Of a stretch of 64,000 bases of DNA, positions 29,608-39,757 are shown in pieces. The notes under the pieces were generated by a model. The model did not search any database. It was given only the letters and a program-made list of their open reading frames with translations, and had not been told where the DNA came from. Source of the stretch: a virus (lineage: Duplodnaviria > Caudoviricetes); IMG/VR virus record IMGVR_UViG_2808606532_000002, positions 8,106-72,105 of that record; one strand, given 5' to 3'. The position numbers were made by a program, and so were the translations under genes. Numbering within the stretch: position 1 is the first letter of the stretch; each line of letters begins with the position of its first letter.

Positions 29608-29904
29608 ATGAAAATGTACAATCCAGCTCACCCTGGCAAAGTATTAAAAGAATTTATTGCTGACTTTACTATCACTGAAATCGCACAACGTCTTGGTATA
29701 ACTCGTGTAATGCTTTCTCGTATCATCAACGAAAAAGCACCGATTACGCCTGATATGGCAATTCGTTTAAGTCAATTACTCGAAACAAGCTCTGAGTTTT
29801 GGTTAAACCTACAATCTCAATATGACATTTGGCAACTTGAACAACAACCACGTTTTGAAGTGAAGCCTTTATTCAAGTCAGAGCCTGTCGCCGATATTCG
29901 CTAA
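29608..29904 (+). CDS. higA: HigA antitoxin (copy 2)
   Basis: MYNPAHPG, ITPDMAIRL, FWLNLQSQYD. Confidence 0.92.
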   Translation: MKMYNPAHPGKVLKEFIADFTITEIAQRLGITRVMLSRIINEKAPITPDMAIRLSQLLETSSEFWLNLQSQYDIWQLEQQPRFEVKPLFKSEPVADIR

Positions 29905-30413
29905 TCCGTTTCGTCAATTTCCGCCAAAATTGAACCGCTTACTTTCACTTTATCCATGCGATTAAGCGGTGTTTCGACAATATGATGATGGGAGATGATG
30001 CAATCAAATTGCCCTCGCTCTTGGTAATCCGCACCCACTGTTGCGGTAAGATTGCGAACATCAGAAAATCTGACAATATGGGCTTGCATTGCTTTTAAGA
30101 CGTCAATCATTGCAGAGCTTTGCAACAGATTTTTAAGCTTGGTTGCCACTCTCACACCATTATTGCCGTAGCAAGAAATGCTCACTGTACTCAGTAAACT
30201 ACTGATGATGGTTTCTGTTTCTTTTTTACCCTCAAATTTACGTTGCGATTGCCCGATTTCTTGTTGGCTCATCATATCTACCGTAATAAAAGCAGAGAGT
30301 TTATTTTCAGGCAACCAACCGCCAATCACTGCTTCATCAGGTAATTGTAAAGCCTTGGCTATCGCTCTTCGCAGTTGGGAGATGTCGAACTCCAATTTGG
30401 TGGTAGTATCCAT
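29901..30413 (-). CDS. Tail terminator/neck protein
   Basis: Position before sheath; 170 aa. Confidence 0.65.
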   Translation of the reverse strand: MDTTTKLEFDISQLRRAIAKALQLPDEAVIGGWLPENKLSAFITVDMMSQQEIGQSQRKFEGKKETETIISSLLSTVSISCYGNNGVRVATKLKNLLQSSAMIDVLKAMQAHIVRFSDVRNLTATVGADYQERGQFDCIISHHHIVETPLNRMDKVKVSGSILAEIDETD

Positions 30414-30672
30414 AATCGCTCCAGTTAGCTAAGATTTTAATACAGTAGTCTATGCCTTTGTATTGCACTAAATCACCACGCTCAAGGGGTTCATTTGTGA
30501 ATAATTTTAGCGAAGGTAAATAACGCTCACTTTCAGGCAAAAGCAACACATCATTAGGACTTGTGGGAATAACAATGGCTGTCATTGAAAGGATTTGACT
30601 TTGTCGCCTCACTTCAATTTGTTGTTTAAAACGACTGTTGCGTAGTCGTCCAGATTGGTTGATTAAGCTCAT
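30337..30672 (-). CDS. Head-tail joining protein
   Basis: LLPESER, W.DYGY; position. Confidence 0.65.
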   Translation of the reverse strand: MSLINQSGRLRNSRFKQQIEVRRQSQILSMTAIVIPTSPNDVLLLPESERYLPSLKLFTNEPLERGDLVQYKGIDYCIKILANWSDYGYYHQIGVRHLPTAKSDSQGFTIT

Positions 30673-31115
30673 TTGATAACTCCTGTAATAGATTGACGTA
30701 ACCGCCCTGTGTCAATGAGTGGTTTGCTCGATCCTTTTCGTTTAATCGTGCTTGGTGCATTAGCCACCCAGTCGCCTTTCACTATATTTTCTTGCACATC
30801 GCCTTGTGCCACCAAGGCAATCTTTTGCATTAATTGCACATAATCTTCGCCATTATTAATCCCTTCAGCAAAAAGAGCGGTGTATTTTTGTTGATTTTCT
30901 GCAAGGGTCTGACGTAGAAATGGACGGCTTGGAATATGTTGATTGCCGAACTCTAAAACCGCTGCTAAACTCGCTAGATTAAACTGCTCAGCACCTTCAA
31001 CGTTGCGATTTTCTGACGCAGGAATACCTACATACACATCTTTGGCATTTAAGCCTTCAAGTTGCTTAATGAGTTGCTCTAACCCATTTTTTGTACTGGT
31101 TAAACTGACTGACAT
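30669..31115 (-). CDS. Neck / morphogenesis protein
   Basis: EFG..IPSRPFLR, NAPSTI.RKGSSKPLIDTG. Confidence 0.8.
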   Translation of the reverse strand: MSVSLTSTKNGLEQLIKQLEGLNAKDVYVGIPASENRNVEGAEQFNLASLAAVLEFGNQHIPSRPFLRQTLAENQQKYTALFAEGINNGEDYVQLMQKIALVAQGDVQENIVKGDWVANAPSTIKRKGSSKPLIDTGRLRQSITGVIK

Positions 31116-31472
31116 TTACGCCACCATTACCCCAAACCCAACCAGCCGCTTAAGGCGGAGATATTCCTGTCCGTAAGCGGTGGTTTGGTAATCTAAATTG
31201 GCATCTGGCATAGGGGCGACATAACTTACCGATAATTCACCCGCACTTTCAGAGGCAAGTGGGCGAGTTGCGTCCCCACCTGTTGCATTGCTTTCTTCTC
31301 GTAGCTTGAGTAAATGTGCAGTTAATGCCATTACGCCACGCTGATAGAATTTTCCCCAGCGTTTCTCGCTAATTTCAGTTTGTGCGTCCAATAAAAAAAG
31401 CTCGATAATTTCTTCGTCGAGCTTTTCAAATTCGGGATAACGTACCAGAAAATCCAGCCTTAACTGCGACAT
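31116..31472 (-). CDS. Head-tail adaptor (DUF4054-like)
   Basis: F..RYPEF, LTAHL, GELSVSY, T.YGQEY. Confidence 0.85.
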   Translation of the reverse strand: MSQLRLDFLVRYPEFEKLDEEIIELFLLDAQTEISEKRWGKFYQRGVMALTAHLLKLREESNATGGDATRPLASESAGELSVSYVAPMPDANLDYQTTAYGQEYLRLKRLVGFGVMVA

Positions 31473-31482
31473 ATTTTACTCC

Positions 31483-32388
31483 TTAATAATCTACGTAGAG
31501 TGTGGCTTGTGGCTCTTTGAAGTTTACGCCACCAAATACCATGGTTAAACCTGATTGATAAGTTACCAAGTCTTTTTTGCCTGCACCAATCACTGTTGGC
31601 GATTTTGGTACATTCATTTCAACGTAGTTTTTATCGTTGCTGTAAATCAAGGCTCGGGTTTTGCTTGCTTTGGCAATTTTTGCGAAGTTAGATGGCAAGG
31701 CTTGGATTTTAATATCTTTGCCAGCAGCACCTTTGAGCTTTTCTTCTAGCCATTCAAGGGCGGATTTATCCGAATTTGGACGTTCTAACAACGCCAAGTG
31801 GGCTTTATCTGCACTGTCAATCGCAAAGGTATCAGGCACCGCAATGCGGTAGGTTTTTTCTACTGAGCGTAAGAAGATTTCTTCAAAGAATTTAACGGCT
31901 TCCGCATAATCCATTGCACTAATAGCTTTTTTGACTTTAGGCTCAAATACTTCAATGCCATCCGCATTTAACAAACCTTTTAAGCGAGTATCTAAGGCGT
32001 GACCTAAGAATGCTACTTTTTGCAAGGTTTGATGGGCGTTTTGGTTAAGGGCGTAAAGTTTTTCAGTATTAACTTGAACACCTAATACCGCCGCTTTTTT
32101 CAGTTCAAAATCGTGCCATTCAACCAATTTCATCCAAGTGACTAATGGCACTTTTTTGTGGTTGAAAGTTACACCAACCTGATCGAACACGCTAGTGTTC
32201 ATTGAAATCAAACCGCTGTCTAAGTCGCCCGTAATATCTGCACTGAAACTTAAAATTTCATCGGCAAGTTCGCTCCCTTGTGAATTGATATGCACAAACT
32301 GCGGGAACACAATATCAGGGTATTTTGTGTGGTCGATGCCTGATTGCACCTCGGTCAATGCCGAACGTAAAATATTAATATGTGGCAT
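31483..32388 (-). CDS. Major capsid protein (DUF2184-like)
   Basis: AFLG...GLLN; GGV..P end; position. Confidence 0.82.
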   Translation of the reverse strand: MPHINILRSALTEVQSGIDHTKYPDIVFPQFVHINSQGSELADEILSFSADITGDLDSGLISMNTSVFDQVGVTFNHKKVPLVTWMKLVEWHDFELKKAAVLGVQVNTEKLYALNQNAHQTLQKVAFLGHALDTRLKGLLNADGIEVFEPKVKKAISAMDYAEAVKFFEEIFLRSVEKTYRIAVPDTFAIDSADKAHLALLERPNSDKSALEWLEEKLKGAAGKDIKIQALPSNFAKIAKASKTRALIYSNDKNYVEMNVPKSPTVIGAGKKDLVTYQSGLTMVFGGVNFKEPQATLYVDY

Positions 32389-32407
32389 ATTATTTTATTC
32401 CTTTTGG

Positions 32408-32860
32408 TTATAAACGAGTGATTTCTGCAATGTTGCCCGCTACGGTAATCACAATGTAGTCGGTTTCAATGCAGTTGGTTGTGTCTTTGGCTTTTTGGAT
32501 AGTGCCCACTTCTTTAGAAGCGTTTGCTACAGCGACAACGTGAACTTTATCGCCACGTTTGAGGTCATCTACACCTTTAGCAATATCTACCCAAATGCTA
32601 TCAGCAGTGCCAATGTGCATTACATCACAAAGCTGACCTTGTGGCGTTTCGTCTTTAATTACATTACGCACCACCACACCAGCAAGGGTATCGGTTTTAG
32701 CTGATAAGGCTTTTACGCCTTTTTCAGATAACGCTACAAAGCGTCCTGCCACTAATGCAGTTTTGCCTTCGTTCATATAAGCGATGGCTTTCGAGTTAGC
32801 TAATCCGCCTTTGCCAATGTTGCCAGCGGTTGCCACTGCGGTATTAATTGCAAATGCCAT
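32408..32860 (-). CDS. Capsid decoration/cement protein
   Basis: Gly/Ala-rich 150 aa between scaffold and capsid. Confidence 0.65.
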   Translation of the reverse strand: MAFAINTAVATAGNIGKGGLANSKAIAYMNEGKTALVAGRFVALSEKGVKALSAKTDTLAGVVVRNVIKDETPQGQLCDVMHIGTADSIWVDIAKGVDDLKRGDKVHVVAVANASKEVGTIQKAKDTTNCIETDYIVITVAGNIAEITRL

Positions 32861-33954
32861 TATTTTGCTCCTTGGTTGTAAGAGTTGAAATCAAAGCGTG
32901 GTGCTGGTTTTGCATCACCAATTAACACACGCCCTAGGTTTTGGTCTGCGAGTTTTTTCGCTGTGGCTTTCGCTGCCACATAAGCGCCTGCCATTTCCGC
33001 ATCAGAAAGAGCTTTTGCTTCGTCTTCGCTAAAAATGCCTGTCGAAACTACCGCACTTTGCTGAATTTCACGTACCGTTGCTTTATCGGCAAAAGTAACA
33101 TCAGCAAAATGTACCTTGGCATCTGCCAATAATGCGGTGCGTTTGTTTTCTTCTTCTGTGGATTTTTGAGCATCTTGCAACTGTTTAATTTGTGCTTTCA
33201 GTTGCTCGTTTTCTTGCACTAATGCAGCATCATTCACTTTGGTTTTCTCCTTTGTTTTTTTCTCTTCGTCCTCGTCTTTTTCAACGGGTTTTTCAGGTTT
33301 GGTTTCAGGTTTAGAGGGCTGTTTTTCGCCTTCTTCTTTCTTTTCTTCCTCTTCTACCTTTTGCTTTTGCTCATCTGATAACTTAATACCAAATACACCA
33401 AGCAAGGCATCAAGGAATTTCACGCTTTTACTCATAATGGATTTATCCTCATCGGCGAATTTAACAGTTGGCCCACATCGCCCTTTCGCCACAATAGCGA
33501 CGTGGTTGCCTATCATAGGCGACATTTCAAAATCAGCATCTTGAACTGTTGTGGTAACAATATCGCAATCGTAACCACAGGAAAGCTCTTCAATGCCTTC
33601 ATCTTGAATTAACTTAATGGCGTTTTCGTCATATACCCAAGCTTCAGCCGCTAAAGTATCTCCCACCCGTTTTACATTTCGCACCACGCCTACGGATAAA
33701 TCTTTCCAGTTTTTTGCATTTACCCCTTGTTCTGGGTGTCCAATGGTTAAAGGCACACCCTCAAAACTGGCTAAAGTGCGGTCTGAAAAGAGGGAGTTTT
33801 CCGTACGAGCAACTTTTTTTACTGTGCTGTCTTGCAACCCTAATTCGCTTGCGTGGTAGTCAAATACGCCCACTTTAGAAATGGTTGCAGGCACCACCAA
33901 ATAGCCGTCTTTTGTTACCGCTCTTTGACTTGAGCCTTTGTCTGTGAATTTCAT
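32860..33954 (-). CDS. Prohead protease/scaffold (DUF2213-like)
   Basis: ELSCGY, NHVAIV..GRCG, charged C-terminus. Confidence 0.88.
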   Translation of the reverse strand: MKFTDKGSSQRAVTKDGYLVVPATISKVGVFDYHASELGLQDSTVKKVARTENSLFSDRTLASFEGVPLTIGHPEQGVNAKNWKDLSVGVVRNVKRVGDTLAAEAWVYDENAIKLIQDEGIEELSCGYDCDIVTTTVQDADFEMSPMIGNHVAIVAKGRCGPTVKFADEDKSIMSKSVKFLDALLGVFGIKLSDEQKQKVEEEEKKEEGEKQPSKPETKPEKPVEKDEDEEKKTKEKTKVNDAALVQENEQLKAQIKQLQDAQKSTEEENKRTALLADAKVHFADVTFADKATVREIQQSAVVSTGIFSEDEAKALSDAEMAGAYVAAKATAKKLADQNLGRVLIGDAKPAPRFDFNSYNQGAK

Positions 33955-33957
33955 TTG

Positions 33958-34188
<231 letters not shown>

Positions 34189-34193
34189 CTAAT

Positions 34194-34565
34194 TTAGCTG
34201 CTTAACATAGACGCTATAATATGTGTTGCAACTTGTTTTATGCTTTCAAAAGACAAATCTAAACTCTTTGTCTTAATAAATGTTTTTAAATCATTCCATA
34301 CCGTTTCATTGCGGATTTTGTCTAAAAACTCGTGACCTTGCCAAGTTAAGCTACGTGCAACAAGGGTTAATTCGTTCATTGAAGAATAATCAACCGCTTC
34401 AATTAACCCTGCATCAGATAGCAATTTGAAATGATAAGAGACAGTTTCAGGAGAGTAGCCCACAAAACCATTATCTTTTAACAATCCTCTTGCATTCGCT
34501 TGTCGCTCTAGTTTTAGTAAAATCTCTCGGATTAAATCCCAGTCTCGTTTCATTTTTTGCTCCAA
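34194..34565 (-). CDS. DUF2513-like winged-helix protein
   Basis: MKRDWDLIREILL, YH..LL.DAGLI, LTWQGHEFLD.IR. Confidence 0.88.
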   Translation of the reverse strand: MEQKMKRDWDLIREILLKLERQANARGLLKDNGFVGYSPETVSYHFKLLSDAGLIEAVDYSSMNELTLVARSLTWQGHEFLDKIRNETVWNDLKTFIKTKSLDLSFESIKQVATHIIASMLSS

Positions 34566-34599
34566 TAAAAAACCTAGCGGTTGGCTAGGTTTGTAAAAA

Positions 34600-34628
34600 T
34601 TGCTTTAGATTAAGAAATAATCTATACT
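34600..34628 (+). promoter_or_regulatory. Sigma70 promoter convergent on muF 3' end
   Basis: TTGCTT 34600-34605, 17 nt, TATACT 34623-34628. Confidence 0.6.
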
Positions 34629-34634
34629 ATAAGC

Positions 34635-34739
34635 ATAGCCATAAATCGATAGGGCATAGGGACGTTTCGGACGTATGCGGATGCAAATCTTTAAGATTGG
34701 GAATTACGCACTATGTGAGATTTATGGCTTTTTCTTTTT
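34635..34739 (+). ncRNA. Putative structured small RNA antisense to muF 3' end
   Basis: 11-bp closing stem agccataaatc/gatttatggct + T-run; internal stems. Confidence 0.5.
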
Positions 34740-36020
34740 GGATTTTTTCCTAATCCACATTGTTTTCATTGTTAATTTTTTGTGTTTTTTACGCACCTCT
34801 TGAACAGTAAAGATCTCATCATCAATTTCTTTTCGGATTAAGAATGTATCATTACCTAAGTCGCTAGGTCCAGCATATTCAATGCTATCAAAATTAGAAA
34901 TAATCATTGGAAGCAATAAAATATCAGCTTTAGTAACTGCTCGCTGTCCTCTTGCCTGTTCTGTTTTATCGTTACCATGGTGTTTAAATGTGTGGCGAAT
35001 ACCTGATTCATCTACATTATGTTTCCAGTCTGATATATCTAAACCTATGCTTTCTTTAGCTAATTCAACTAAATCAAATCTAACCACGCCTATATCGCTA
35101 AATAATTTATTCCCACCGCCACCTATGGATTGTTCAATTAAATCAGCCAAATCCCTTTTACCAGAGATATATCCATTGGATTTTTCTGTTTTTTCTTCGG
35201 CTTGAGGTTTTAGGTTGTCATCCAACACTGGTATCTGCACACACCGACAGTTAATTTCATGCCCTGGATGTCCTGTTTCAGGCGGATCGTCATAGCTAAA
35301 AATCTTGCCGTCATTTTCTGCGTGACTGGTTCTCACTCGTTCATCGCCTGATGTACTCCAGCGGTATTTCTTAATACCAACATCTTGATAGCGAACTTGG
35401 GTGAGGGTAGCGTTGAGTTTTGATGACTGATCACGAGCAATTAACCTTGCTCTACTTTCAGTTACATTGCCAATTTGTCTAATCTCTTTGGCTAAATCCG
35501 CATTGAGCTTACCCGTCATAACTGATTGGGTTACTGCGGTTTGCACTTTGTCTAAATACTGATTGCTAATGGATTTAATTAGCTGTGTGTTAGCTGTGGT
35601 GAGCAAATTTACCTTTTCCAGTAGGGCAGGGCTATTGCCTAGAAAACCTTGCAAATTTACGCCTGTTTGACGTTGTAAATTCGCAGTAACTTCTCGTGTG
35701 TTTTGTTGATTACCACGTTTTACAAACTCTTGAGCAAGATTTTCAGCCGTTAAAGAGCGGTCATTTTCCGCTAATTTTTTGACAACGGCTAAAAATCGTT
35801 GAGTGTCAAAAACCTTGAAACCATTGTCGCTATCCATTAAAAAAGGGGATTGCGGTTGTTGCAATGCCCCTTCTACTTGTTTTCTTAATGCCCCGACTAA
35901 ACCGAGCAACTGGCGACTATACCAAAATTCCGTCTGTTTACTCGTTTTGTTCGGTTTGAACTTGCGTATTTTCGGTTTGTTCTTCTGGTTCTTCCAAATC
36001 TCGGGTAAGTTCATCAACAT
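34722..36020 (-). CDS. MuF (SPP1 gp7-like) head protein with C-terminal PBECR3-like RNase domain
   Basis: RARLIARDQ, WSTSGDERVRTSH, PG..INCRC; tail DESGIRHTFKHHG..E..RGQ..VT.ADI..LP.II. Confidence 0.85.
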   Translation of the reverse strand: MLMNLPEIWKNQKNKPKIRKFKPNKTSKQTEFWYSRQLLGLVGALRKQVEGALQQPQSPFLMDSDNGFKVFDTQRFLAVVKKLAENDRSLTAENLAQEFVKRGNQQNTREVTANLQRQTGVNLQGFLGNSPALLEKVNLLTTANTQLIKSISNQYLDKVQTAVTQSVMTGKLNADLAKEIRQIGNVTESRARLIARDQSSKLNATLTQVRYQDVGIKKYRWSTSGDERVRTSHAENDGKIFSYDDPPETGHPGHEINCRCVQIPVLDDNLKPQAEEKTEKSNGYISGKRDLADLIEQSIGGGGNKLFSDIGVVRFDLVELAKESIGLDISDWKHNVDESGIRHTFKHHGNDKTEQARGQRAVTKADILLLPMIISNFDSIEYAGPSDLGNDTFLIRKEIDDEIFTVQEVRKKHKKLTMKTMWIRKKSKKKKP

Positions 36021-37263
36021 TCGCTTGTTCCTCTAACTTGGCAATATCTTCCGCAGAAATTGAGGCAAATAAACCGCTCTCTTTCAGCTCATTTGCCACT
36101 TGAATTTCGGTTAATACGCCACCTTGCACTAATGCCATTGATGCGGTAGCAAAAGTGCCTAGCATCGTAATTTGTTGCTCTTGTTTTAGCTCTTGTAATG
36201 GTAAAAACTCAAACCACCAATCTTGTGGCATTCCACCAAACGCCATTTGGCAGAGTAACGGGTCTAAGCGTTCTAATGCAGGGCGTAAGCGTGCTTCTTG
36301 TAGGCGATGAATGCTTTCGTGGTAGTTTTGGATATCTTCTTCGCCACTAGCAAAACCTGCCGCACTTTGCCCGAATAAAATCGTTACTGGCATATCTGCC
36401 GCACCTGCCACCGCATTGCGAAACTCAATCAACAAATCACGCAAGCCACCAAAGGCAAGTTCTTTTTGTTCATATTCGTTTTCGATATCCAACAATAAGC
36501 TATTAGTTGCAGATTTAATCGACTGCACCGAAGAAATCACCTTGGCTACATCATCTTCAAAGCCTGCGGCGATTTTGTCGGAAAGTCCTGCAATTTTGAA
36601 CACATCGACTTTGCTCTCGAAAATCAAGTCGCCGATATTGGTGCTTGCTCCGTCAAAGCGTTTAAGTGCGGTTAAAACAGGCTCTAAATCAGAAAGCCCC
36701 CATATCGTATCTTCCGACAAGGGGGCTTCTTTGGCATTGATGATAATCAGTCGGCTGTGATGAATATTAACCGAGCTTTGATTGCCACTAATTTGATACT
36801 CGGTATATTTACCGAAATTATCCGATAAGATGTTTTCATCTCGCTGACCACTCAAGCCGATTTTCGATTTTGGCAAAATCACTAACCGCTTGAGTTGTTC
36901 GGTTGGTTGCAATGGTGTGGAGAGATTGAATTTATCTGTCACAATCAACACGCCAACCGAGCCATACAAACTCGCCCAAGATAAGGCTTTAGTAAGTGTT
37001 TCTTTGAGCTTGAGTGAACGCTCTAATTTCTCAAAGGTTTCTAATTGCTCTGCGTCTAAATCATTGGAATAAACCTCACGCCAACGTCTTGTCATATCTT
37101 GAGGGCGTTTAATGCAGATTTTTTCTGCTACCCAGTTATCCGTCCAGAGTGTATCAAGCTGTTGAGTATCTTGGGTGAGCATTTCACCACGCTGATAGCT
37201 CGTTGCTTGCTGTTTAAACCCTAATTTAAGAGCAAAGGAACGTAAATCATCTAAAATTTTCAT
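35938..37263 (-). CDS. Portal protein (DUF1073-like)
   Basis: DMTRRWR, IHHSRL, AGAADMPVTILFGQS.AG. Confidence 0.9.
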   Translation of the reverse strand: MKILDDLRSFALKLGFKQQATSYQRGEMLTQDTQQLDTLWTDNWVAEKICIKRPQDMTRRWREVYSNDLDAEQLETFEKLERSLKLKETLTKALSWASLYGSVGVLIVTDKFNLSTPLQPTEQLKRLVILPKSKIGLSGQRDENILSDNFGKYTEYQISGNQSSVNIHHSRLIIINAKEAPLSEDTIWGLSDLEPVLTALKRFDGASTNIGDLIFESKVDVFKIAGLSDKIAAGFEDDVAKVISSVQSIKSATNSLLLDIENEYEQKELAFGGLRDLLIEFRNAVAGAADMPVTILFGQSAAGFASGEEDIQNYHESIHRLQEARLRPALERLDPLLCQMAFGGMPQDWWFEFLPLQELKQEQQITMLGTFATASMALVQGGVLTEIQVANELKESGLFASISAEDIAKLEEQANVDELTRDLEEPEEQTENTQVQTEQNE

Positions 37264-37266
37264 ACA

Positions 37267-38721
37267 TTAACAGTCCAGTAGGGATTTTGACTTACCAAGT
37301 AAATCAGAAATAGCCATAACTAAAGCATCTACTTGATCATCATGCTTATGACTATCTGTTGCGGTAAATGCCTCACATTCAGCGATAAAATCAGCTACCC
37401 ATGGAGCATTTTCAGGCAAGCAAACATAGCCACTTTCGATATAACCTTGCACACCAAGCACTCTAGTATATTTATCGCTATCAACCTGAACAGGGCTGAT
37501 AGGAATGCGACTATTTCGTCTGATGTTCTGAATTAAACTTGTGCCACTCGATTTATCTTCTATGTTTGCCTTTGTTAGCACACCAGTTTCACGAATAGCA
37601 GAGTGTTTAGCCCACACATCTTTTAGCGTGCGTTCTAAATCAGGTGCTTCCCATTTACCACGAATTAAATCAAGAATATAAACCTTGCCATCATTACCTT
37701 TACCAGCAACTAAGAAAACAGAGTAGTCGTTATGCTCTTTGGTTTTTTGTGCAGTATCCGCATAAATTGCCTTAATTCGAATAATTGGAGGGATTTTATA
37801 GCGTGCAAACCAATCGCCTTTAATTAAACCACCACCTTTTAAGGTAGGGCGTTGTTGATAAAGTGCGGTCCATGTGTGCGAACCTACCGCATTTTTGATT
37901 TTCATGAGTCGTTCTAAATCAAAACGCTCAGGGTGCAATGGCTCACCTTCTTTTCGATATTCCTCATCTTGCTCTGCGATTGCTGGAAATGAAATAACAC
38001 GCCATTGATCACCGCCATTTTCCATTTCTTGCAACAATCGCCCAGCTAAATCATCTTCGTGCCATCGGGTCATACCTAATAACACACCGCTTTTAGGTGA
38101 TAAGCGAGTATAAAGGGTAGTGGTGTACCAATCCCACACGCTATCTCTTACCGTTTGAGAATTAGCTTCTTTGGCATCTTTAACGGGGTCGTCAATGATG
38201 GCAATATCTGCCCCCATCCCTGTAATACCACCACCCACACCAGCAGAACGATAAGCACCTTTGTGTCCTATAATTTCAAAAATCTCACTATTTCTAAGAG
38301 CTTGACCTGAAATTTTTGCAATTCGTTTATTATTTAACGAGGATTGAGGAAAAATATCGAGGTAACTTTCATCATCCATAATCCGTTGCACATCTCGGTT
38401 CATTCTGCTAGCTAAATCAGCAGAATAAGAACAAGCAATCATCTGTAAATCAGGATTTTTGCCAAATGCCCATGCTGGAAAGCGACGACTAAATAATTCA
38501 CTTTTACCACTTCGAGGAGGGGCAAAAATCATTAAGCGAGGCTGTTTGCCGTCAACAATATCTTGGTAGAATTGTTGTAGCTCACGAGCAATAATTTTGT
38601 TAAACCAGCCTGTAATGAAATCGGGGTTGGTTTGTGTAGTGAAATCAATCAAATTTCTACGAGCTAACTCATTACTAAGGTTGCTTTCGCTTAAGCTCTC
38701 TAAGAAGTCTAAGTTCATCAT
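37267..38721 (-). CDS. terL: Terminase large subunit
   Basis: PPRSGKSE Walker A, IIDDP, TRWHEDDLAG, HDDQVDA. Confidence 0.96.
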   Translation of the reverse strand: MMNLDFLESLSESNLSNELARRNLIDFTTQTNPDFITGWFNKIIARELQQFYQDIVDGKQPRLMIFAPPRSGKSELFSRRFPAWAFGKNPDLQMIACSYSADLASRMNRDVQRIMDDESYLDIFPQSSLNNKRIAKISGQALRNSEIFEIIGHKGAYRSAGVGGGITGMGADIAIIDDPVKDAKEANSQTVRDSVWDWYTTTLYTRLSPKSGVLLGMTRWHEDDLAGRLLQEMENGGDQWRVISFPAIAEQDEEYRKEGEPLHPERFDLERLMKIKNAVGSHTWTALYQQRPTLKGGGLIKGDWFARYKIPPIIRIKAIYADTAQKTKEHNDYSVFLVAGKGNDGKVYILDLIRGKWEAPDLERTLKDVWAKHSAIRETGVLTKANIEDKSSGTSLIQNIRRNSRIPISPVQVDSDKYTRVLGVQGYIESGYVCLPENAPWVADFIAECEAFTATDSHKHDDQVDALVMAISDLLGKSKSLLDC

Positions 38722-39184
38722 CTGAATACACCGAAAGATCGATTTCTTTTTTCATTTCAATTTTTACCGCACTTCCATCTACACCTGAAATTTCTTGAGT
38801 GACTTTATCGCCATATTTTTTAGGAGCAACTTTAGTAATGTACCACTTGCGGCTATCCACTCTTAATTTAGCAATTTGTACGTCTTCAGGCGTAGCACAA
38901 TCGGCAATATCTAAAATTTCATCAAGCAAAAAATCTGCTTGGCTCTCGCGCGCACGCACGTACTGCTCCGAAAATTGATCATTTTCTTGCAACCATAGAT
39001 AAATTGTAGATTGAGCAGGCATACCTGGTCGCTCACAAATCTTGCGTAAACTCTCTCCTTGGGAAAGCAACATACAAATATCATCTGCAACTTCTTGCAT
39101 ATAAGATGATGGTCGCCCTGTTTTCTTTTTATTGTTCTCACCACGCCCCTTAGACGTGGATTTAACCTCGTCTTTCTTTGGCAT
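38675..39184 (-). CDS. terS: Terminase small subunit
   Basis: GRPS.Y, GESLR.IC, RKW...K.APKKYGD. Confidence 0.9.
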   Translation of the reverse strand: MPKKDEVKSTSKGRGENNKKKTGRPSSYMQEVADDICMLLSQGESLRKICERPGMPAQSTIYLWLQENDQFSEQYVRARESQADFLLDEILDIADCATPEDVQIAKLRVDSRKWYITKVAPKKYGDKVTQEISGVDGSAVKIEMKKEIDLSVYSDDELRLLRELKRKQP

Positions 39185-39199
39185 TGTGGTTAATCCTTT

Positions 39200-39310
39200 T
39201 TACTTTAAAGCATTTAATAAATTTGCAATCGCATTTACAAGTTTAGGGGAAACGAAAGCCAAAATAGGCAACGTTACCGCAAGGCTTATTTGCCATAAAC
39301 CATATTCCAT
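39200..39310 (-). CDS. 36-aa membrane peptide
   Basis: AAGGAG SD; MEYGLWQISLAVTLPILAFVSPKLVNAIANLLNALK. Confidence 0.5.
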   Translation of the reverse strand: MEYGLWQISLAVTLPILAFVSPKLVNAIANLLNALK

Positions 39311-39433
39311 AAGTATCTCCTTGATGGTTACGGTTAAAAATGTAATAATTTCCACATCTCGTTCCTTCTTGTATAGGAAGTTGGAATGAAAAACCCTAAA
39401 CACCGCAAATGTTTAAGGTTTATTTTTTACCTC

Positions 39434-39757
39434 TCAATGCTGTGCATTCTCAATCCGCCATTCTCGAATTTTATCAATCTGACTTGCACATAAATCTCTT
39501 TCAGCCATGACCTTAATTAAATGCTCAATAGCATCACCATAGGTCCTACCACTAAAATCTGACCGCTCACAAGGGATTGTGTAGGCTTGTGGTGGGAATA
39601 AATACTGCGTTTTAACCTGGCTACTGCAACTGCTCAATGACACCGCTAGGCAAGTCAGTGTTAGCACATTGATTGTCTTTAAAGATAACTCTAACTTTCT
39701 CACGCTTGCTCTCCGCTTGGCTTTTGAATTGATTTGCCAGTTCTCGCTGTTGTTCAA
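39434..39757 (-). CDS. o-spanin (Rz1-like lipoprotein; real start probably GTG 39667)
   Basis: Lipobox LSSC; overlaps i-spanin. Confidence 0.75.
   Translation of the reverse strand: MNNSENWQINSKAKRRASVRKLELSLKTINVLTLTCLAVSLSSCSSQVKTQYLFPPQAYTIPCERSDFSGRTYGDAIEHLIKVMAERDLCASQIDKIREWRIENAQH

Noticed and set aside
35938-37263. Anti-CBASS Acb1 (a label sometimes attached to DUF1073 proteins)
   Set aside because: Size and position between terL and muF indicate the portal; no paired HxT phosphoesterase motifs seen
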